Positions 57,768 through 64,000 of a stretch of DNA of 64,000 nt are shown here, piece by piece. The stretch's first letter is position 1. Every line of letters begins with the position of its first letter. Position numbers and translations under genes: made by a program. Under the pieces are notes generated by a model. The model worked only from the letters and a program-made list of their open reading frames with translations. It was not told the origin of the DNA and ran no database searches. Source of the DNA: Pelagomonas calceolata (lineage: Eukaryota). Where the stretch lies: positions 1,612,001 to 1,676,000 of the forward strand of contig CAKKNE010000004.1 in the NCBI GenBank assembly GCA_918797485.1, given 5' to 3'.

Positions 57768-60700
57768 ATGGGGTCATGGTGGCGCTCGCGCGATATGAAA
57801 TACGTCTCTCTAATCTTGAGTGAGGATGCGGCCCACGAGTGTGTGCATAACCTGGGAGAACTCAGTGCTCTGCAATTCACCGATCTTAACCCCGAGCAAA
57901 CTGCTTTCCAACGACGCTATGTGAATTATGTTAAAAGGTAGGAAAAGAGCACGAGCATTCTCCATCTAGCTGTCAGGTGTGATGAGCTTGAGCGGAAGCT
58001 GCGTTTTATTCTTAAAGAGATTGAAGCCTTTGGACTGCAAATCTCGTGAGTACATTGTTCGTTTTGCTCTCAATTAAATCTCAGATCGACGAGCCATACG
58101 TATGAAATGGAGACAACCACATCGAAAACTACAGCTTCGCGGTACGTGAGAGAATTAAAATGCCTGTTATATCCGACAAGTGACCTCAGATCAAGTGCTC
58201 TACTATTGGACACGCTTGAAGCCGAACTCGAGGAATATGAAACACAATTACTCGAACTCAACACTTATTCCAATGAGTTAACACACAAATACAATGAAAA
58301 AGTGGAGTTTCAAGAATGTCTAGAAAAGGGTAGGAAGTTCCTGGCGGCGGAAGCAGATGGAGCCAGCTCTAAATTAGATACAGTGAATCCTCTGAGTAGT
58401 GCCTATGGTGCACCAGCTATTTCTGAGGACGGAATGCAGCCCCTTCTCGCAGATGCTAGCCGAGGCCACTCAGGTGCCTCTTCTGTTGTGCACAGAACCT
58501 TAGTTCCCTCTTGCTCAGGCCTTGCTTCCGGGGGATTTAAGCATGTCATCGAGGGCGAGATGAAATTTTCTTCGACTGTGGGCATATTGAAGGCCGATGA
58601 GAAATCTCGTTTTGAGCGCATGCTATTCCGTTCAACCCGTGGAAATTGCTTTGCGCGCTTTGCAGAAGTAGAAAGACCAATAGCAGATGCTGCTACAGGC
58701 AGACCTGAATTCAAGATTGTTTTCATTGTATTCTTTAAATCCGAAGTCATCTCTGCCATCATCAACAAAATTTGTGATGCATTTGGTGCCCGACAATACC
58801 CCGTACCAGACCACCTAACACTTGGAAATGCCAGTCAACTGGGTCTCATTGTTCGCGAGACTACCTCGGAGCTTGCAGATGTGGCCTTACTGCGTCATGT
58901 GATGTTCTGTGCGTCATAATTATCAAAAATCTGGTTTCATACAGGCGCGAGAGGTGCTCTTGAAGAATCGAGAGTTGCGTCTTGCTCTTTGTTCGCGCTT
59001 GGCGCGACGTTATTCTGAATGGAAAGCGGTTGTGCTCAGAGAGAAAGCCATTTATCACGTGCTCAATTTATTTCGCGCTGACGTAAGCGGGATGCTTCGT
59101 GGTGAGGGTTGGATTGTTGCCTCTGCAGAAGTAGATGCGCGCACGCTTATAAGTCAAACGCACGCGGCAATGGACCTCGCAGGTGCCTCAATGCTCTCAC
59201 AGGTGCCATTGCCGTGGCCGGTGCCACCAACCTCCTTCGATGTCAACGAATTTACTTATGCGTTCCAGGAATTTGTTGATACATATGGCGTTCCACGCTA
59301 CAAAGAAATCAACCCCGCACTCTTCACTGCGGTTACATTCCCATTTCTCTTTGGCATGATGTATGGTGATATTGGCCATGGAGCCTGCATCTTGCTCGGA
59401 GGGATATATCTACTCATTACGCATCCAGCCTACAGGAGATGTGTCAGCTCTGCCGGCGAGAACGAAATGCTTGGCGGTGTTTATGCTTCCCGATATATGC
59501 TGATCACCATGGGCTTATGTGCCATCTACGTTGGTTTTGTCTACAATGATTGCTTCTCTTTAGCATTGGCTCTTTTTGACTCTGGGTATCTCTGGGAAGG
59601 TAGCAAAGGCAGTGTGGCCGGTTCAGTTGATGGAGGAGCCGAAGCAAATTTATCAGCGCCATATGGATCAACAGGCTCCATTTACCCATTTGGTGTTGAC
59701 CCAGCTTGGCATATTTCTTCAAACGAGCTTCTGTTTTTCAATTCCATGAAAATGAAAACTGCTGTGATATTTGGCGTCGTGCAAATGACTGGTGGGATCT
59801 TCTTGAAAGGCCTCAACGCCCTTTATTTCGGCGACCGTGCAGTTTTTTGGCTTGAGTTCATGCCCATGATCATTTTTGACTTTTGCCTATTTGTCTATAT
59901 GGCAGTTCTCATCTTTACCAAATGGGCCATTAATTGGGATAGACGCCAACTCATGGGCAGCTGCGGAATTGATGGCTTAACCTTTGATCAGCGTCCTTGT
60001 TCAGATGGTGATTCCCTAAAACATAAATGCGCTCTCAATTTTGGTGGTGAGACGGGTGGCTGCGCACCACCCAATCTCATCAATCAGCTAATCAATATCG
60101 CCCTCAATCCAGGTGTTGTTGATGAGCCAATGTACAGTGGACAGGGATCTGCGCAGTCTGCTCTCCTCGCCATAGCATTCCTCTCTGTGCCGGTCCTTTT
60201 ACTTGGCAAGCCAGTGTATATATATTTCCAACATGCATCGCAACCCGCAAGCGCAAGTCAGCCAATTAGTACCCAAATTGAAATGGATCAAGATAGCACC
60301 TCTAGTGAGGATCCAAAATCCAAAGAAGTACATTCCTTCTCTGAAGTACTCATTCACCAGTGCATTGAAACCATTGAATTTGTTCTTGGGATGGTGTCCA
60401 ACACTGCGTCTTATCTTCGACTCTGGGCACTTTCCCTTGCACACACCGAACTCGCTCAAGTATTTTGGGAGAAAATCATGCGCACTGCCATCAATGCTAA
60501 TAGCATTTTTTTTGTTTTTGTAGCATACTCTACATTTGCAGTCAGATACTTCGGCGTCTTGGTATTGCAATGCAAGCTAGCATGTGTTTAAGGACAGGTT
60601 GTGACTGCCGCCGTCCTGCTTGCGATGGATCTTCTGGAGTGTTTCCTACACGCCCTTCGCCTTCACTGGGTACGTTATTCATCAAGAAAAGCCTCTCATT

Positions 60701-60791
60701 AAATGCACAGGTGGAGTTCCAAAACAAGTTTTACAAAGCAGATGGCACGAGGTTTACTCCATTCACGTTGGGTCAGCTTAGCGACAAGTAA
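57768..60791 (+). CDS. ATP6V0A: V-type H+-ATPase V0 subunit a
   Basis: WRSRDM, FTDLN...FQRRY, FERMLFRSTRGN, YGVPRYKEINP, FPFLFGMMYGDIGHG, NSMKMK, SNTASYLRLWALSLAH, LHALRLHWVEFQNKFY; about 7 short GT-AG introns. Confidence 0.96.
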
Positions 60792-61727
60792 TCGTGCTAA
60801 TGGATTGCCATGGATTATGCACAATCTCACAAGGACGACCACTTAAGTTGTCATTGAAGCCACCTTGAGTTGCAATACACCAGCAGTCAGCTGAAATCGA
60901 CAAGCAAAATTGGCTCTCGAGGATTTTGCAACCTGATAGTGCGGAGCACTGCTCTGTCCAAAAAATACTTCCCAGATAGTACTTGATGTATAATATTTAG
61001 GGTTTTGGTGGTGTTTTGATCGCATGTTTTAAGACTCCAGGGCTTCTCCAGCCGAACTCTTGGAAGTTGGAACTGCATTGGGTACGGGGTTTGAAATCGA
61101 ATCTGTCTGCGCGTAGGGTAGAATGTGGATGAATGACCCAGCGCGTCCGGTCCGAAGGGGCCGAACCAGACTAAATTGCGGGCTGTAGCGCCTCCCCTTT
61201 ATAGCCCGAACGGGGAAACTTACTGCGAATGGGCCCCAGGGGTGCTCCACATTCTGGCCGAGTGTGGAGCCCTAAAAGGCGAGGGGCCGGAAGGGCCCCC
61301 ACGCGAACATCGCGCCAGTGGCGTTTCGTGCAGGACTCGGAGACACCTCCGGGCTGAGGCTGAGGGCAAGCTAGTGTCGCTCAGGCTGTGGGCTAGGATG
61401 CCCCTTGGACCCACGGCCACGTCACTGTACGGTGGTAAACTGATCATGACCGCCGGTCTCGGCCCCGGGCCAGGCTCCGGCGGCTCCGAGTCAGGCTGTC
61501 ACTGACACTCAGGCTGGCCCGGGCCCGGCACGGCGGTACCCACTGGCACCGTGACGGCGAGAGACTGAGCGTGACTTGTTGTTCAAGTTCAAGCCTGAGT
61601 TTGGAAAAAATGTGACTTGAAATTGCCAGTGAACTAGAGGCAGGGGCAATAGTAAACAGTGTACACTCAAATTTTAGAGAATCATGGGAAGATACTAGTA
61701 CATCCCAGGGTAGGGAGGGCTAGAGGG

Positions 61728-61750
61728 TCTCTCTCTCTCTCTCTCTCTCT
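61728..61750. repeat. (CT)n microsatellite
   Basis: Uninterrupted TC/CT run. Confidence 0.9.
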
Positions 61751-61894
61751 ACTCGAGTACTCTAGAGTACCGTAGGGTACCGTAGATACAAGTGGTACCT
61801 ACGTACCAGCTCGTGATGTCATGATACGCAATTTATCCAATGAAAATGGATCACATATACCGACGTGACTTAAGAGGAGGCTGACTCGTGATTG

Positions 61895-64000
61895 ATGAAT
61901 GACCCACTGACAATGGTGCTTTGGGACCTGCGCGGCAGGCTGCAGGCACATTACTTTTTCGAGCCTGCCGATCCAGTTGCTTTGAGTTCCCCGCAGTCCT
62001 TTGTCGGTCCAATTCACCTTGGAATGATTGCGAAAAAAGCCAAGACGCACTTATATAATGACATTAGCAAACAAAATCAGTTCGCCGATGATGTCCGCCT
62101 TGTGTTCAATAGCGCACTCATGGCAAAATGCAACCCAACATCACCGGTGTCTGTTGCTGCAAAGGAGCTATGTGTCTTCTTTGAGGCCAGATTTGGGGTC
62201 AAAAGCCTTGAACACTTTCCAGCGGTGATGGAAAAGTTCCCGGCTTCCTCTGAGTGTGGTCGTTTACTCGCGAAACTTGTAAATTCAAATGACTCCGAAT
62301 TTAACTATCCTATACAACACCCCAGTTCCACTCTCCCAGACCATTTTCGTGCCATCACTTCTCCACTTAGCTTTATCACCGTACAAAAAAAAATGGAATC
62401 TGGTCAGTATATGTCTGTGAGGGCTTTTGCCAGCAACATTTACGCAATATTCCGAAATGCAGCAAGATATAATAAGTTGCAGAGGAGTAGCGCAATTTTT
62501 AGTTGCGCGATAGGGCTTAGAAGTCTCTTTACAGAAGAGCTCCGGCTTATTGTAAGGGATTCCACGTTGTTGTCGTCACCTCGTTCAGCCGTGCTTAATA
62601 CAATGTGTACGCTTGTGAATGCGCTGGAACATGACGTTAGATACTTGGGTGCTCCTGACCGAGCTGCTGCCACGCAGTCTATGAAACTCAGTAGCATTTA
62701 CGAAAGAGTCTATACGGCCAAATATAAACAGTGGCTGCATATGGCGACATTTATAGACGATGTGCGTCTCGTGATTGTAAATGTTACAATTGGCCCGTGT
62801 CTATGTGCGCTTGGACTATTGTTCATTCGACTAGTTGCTATCGCACATGATTCAAATGGATTATGCCCTGTAGGCCATGAGTTCAAATGGATTCACTTCC
62901 CGATGCATGGCAGCCAAGAAGCGCCTGGCCGTCTTCGAGGCAGGCCTTGCAACCTGTAGATCCTTGACGCACAACCCCTCAAACAGCTTATTTCGTTTAG
63001 CTGGCCAAGATGATATTGCAACGTGTGAATTTCTTTGGGGCGTTATTGAGCCACTTGCGATAGCGACGGAATCATACCTCTTTCGCAAATGTCTTCATAC
63101 TTCTACTGGTATTCAAAGTTACCAAACACTCAACGAGTCATTCATGGATCTCAAAACTATTGACGTCAAAGGCTGTTGCAATGTCGCTACGCAGAAACTT
63201 CAGATTGCTCTTGAAATAAAGACAGCCCTCGTCAACCCAGAGTCACGTCATCATGTCGTATATTTAGCTTTTACTGCTGAGCACAGACACTCATAAAACA
63301 ATGCCGCTTGGATGCTCTCACTACCCCGTCACCGACTCGTGCAAATCGTCGAGTATCTCGCATGACATTGATGACGCTTCTTGACATTTTTGTGGAAGAA
63401 TCACCTACACACTTATATTTCAATCTCCCTGGCAACCTTGTAAAGGAGATACCTGACCACCTTAAAGTAAAAAAAGTACAGTGCACGATTTACATCTTTA
63501 GGTGGCATTCTTTGCAAATACCCATGCAGGTTATAAATCAGCCAATGGATCTAAAGACCATTGGATCTCGTGTCGAAAAGGGGTACTATCATTGCGTGGA
63601 TGCCTTTGTCGATGATCTCAGACTCATGTTAGCAAATACAATTCAACGCAACAACGTTGACCCGGCACGTCCGGTACTATCTAAACGAGTCTATGAAATC
63701 ATGAAGTTACCCTCCTGCCAACTCTGGCAACTCTGCTCCGCTTAGGTTCATCTCGCAACAGTGCATCTGAAAGGGCGCTTTGAGCATGCACTTAGAGAGC
63801 TTAAAGCAAGCGCCATAAAATCATCCACGCTCATGTGTGTCACGCGTGCAGCGAGTACGGGTGCGCACAAGAGATGTCTTGCCTTCAGCGACCCCGAACA
63901 TTGCATTTCGCAACTACCACTCGGTGAAGTTCATCACATATTTCGAGCATTAGTCCTGGATCAGCCTGCCTCAGCTTTTTTCCTCAAGCCTATTACGTCC
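61895..64000 (+). CDS. Multi-bromodomain protein, partial (continues beyond the window)
   Basis: Several degenerate bromodomains (FADDVRLVFNSA, IFRNAARYN, FIDDVRLV, INQPMDLKTI...FVDDLRLMLAN) spread over ORFs 61892, 62877 and 63308, separated by short introns. Confidence 0.8.

Noticed and set aside
4634..60710. An obligatory AG/G acceptor rule, as in dinoflagellates
   Set aside because: G follows most acceptors, but AG/A (V-ATPase a introns 2 and 3), AG/C (V-ATPase G, CD36) and AG/T (CD36) also occur, so it is a bias rather than a rule.

Overview
Eukaryotic nuclear DNA, most consistent with a photosynthetic stramenopile, possibly a pelagophyte (inferred from gene content, tiny introns and composition; not proven). 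The first ~3.5 kb is very GC-rich, and the genes after it are visibly closer to 50% GC, which looks like the edge of a low-GC domain. I can support 15 protein-coding genes: a partial Pro-rich/UBM protein, an NCKX exchanger, IFT74, a double-SET methyltransferase, PMS2, a divergent OGT, V-ATPase subunit G (absent from the ORF track), a CDK10/11-like kinase, ARL6/BBS3, a glycosyltransferase-SGNH-Cas1 fusion, an ankyrin protein, a BRCA2-like protein, a giant CD36-family protein, a BET protein and V-ATPase subunit a. A sixteenth, a multi-bromodomain gene, runs off the right edge. Introns are about 39-65 nt with degenerate donors, some GC-AG. The mostly 1-4 kb spacers hold non-autonomous DNA-transposon relics. 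The main discovery is that the recurrent intergenic 8-mers follow one rule, XY-C-revcomp(XY)-G-XY, and alignments between repeat copies show them arising as +6 nt insertions. This matches hairpin-mediated transposon excision scars. A second scar-like class, TA-(CCG/CGG/CC/GG)-TA arrays, clusters just upstream of start codons. I found no rRNA, tRNA, CRISPR array or intact transposase. All alignments and counts were done by eye.
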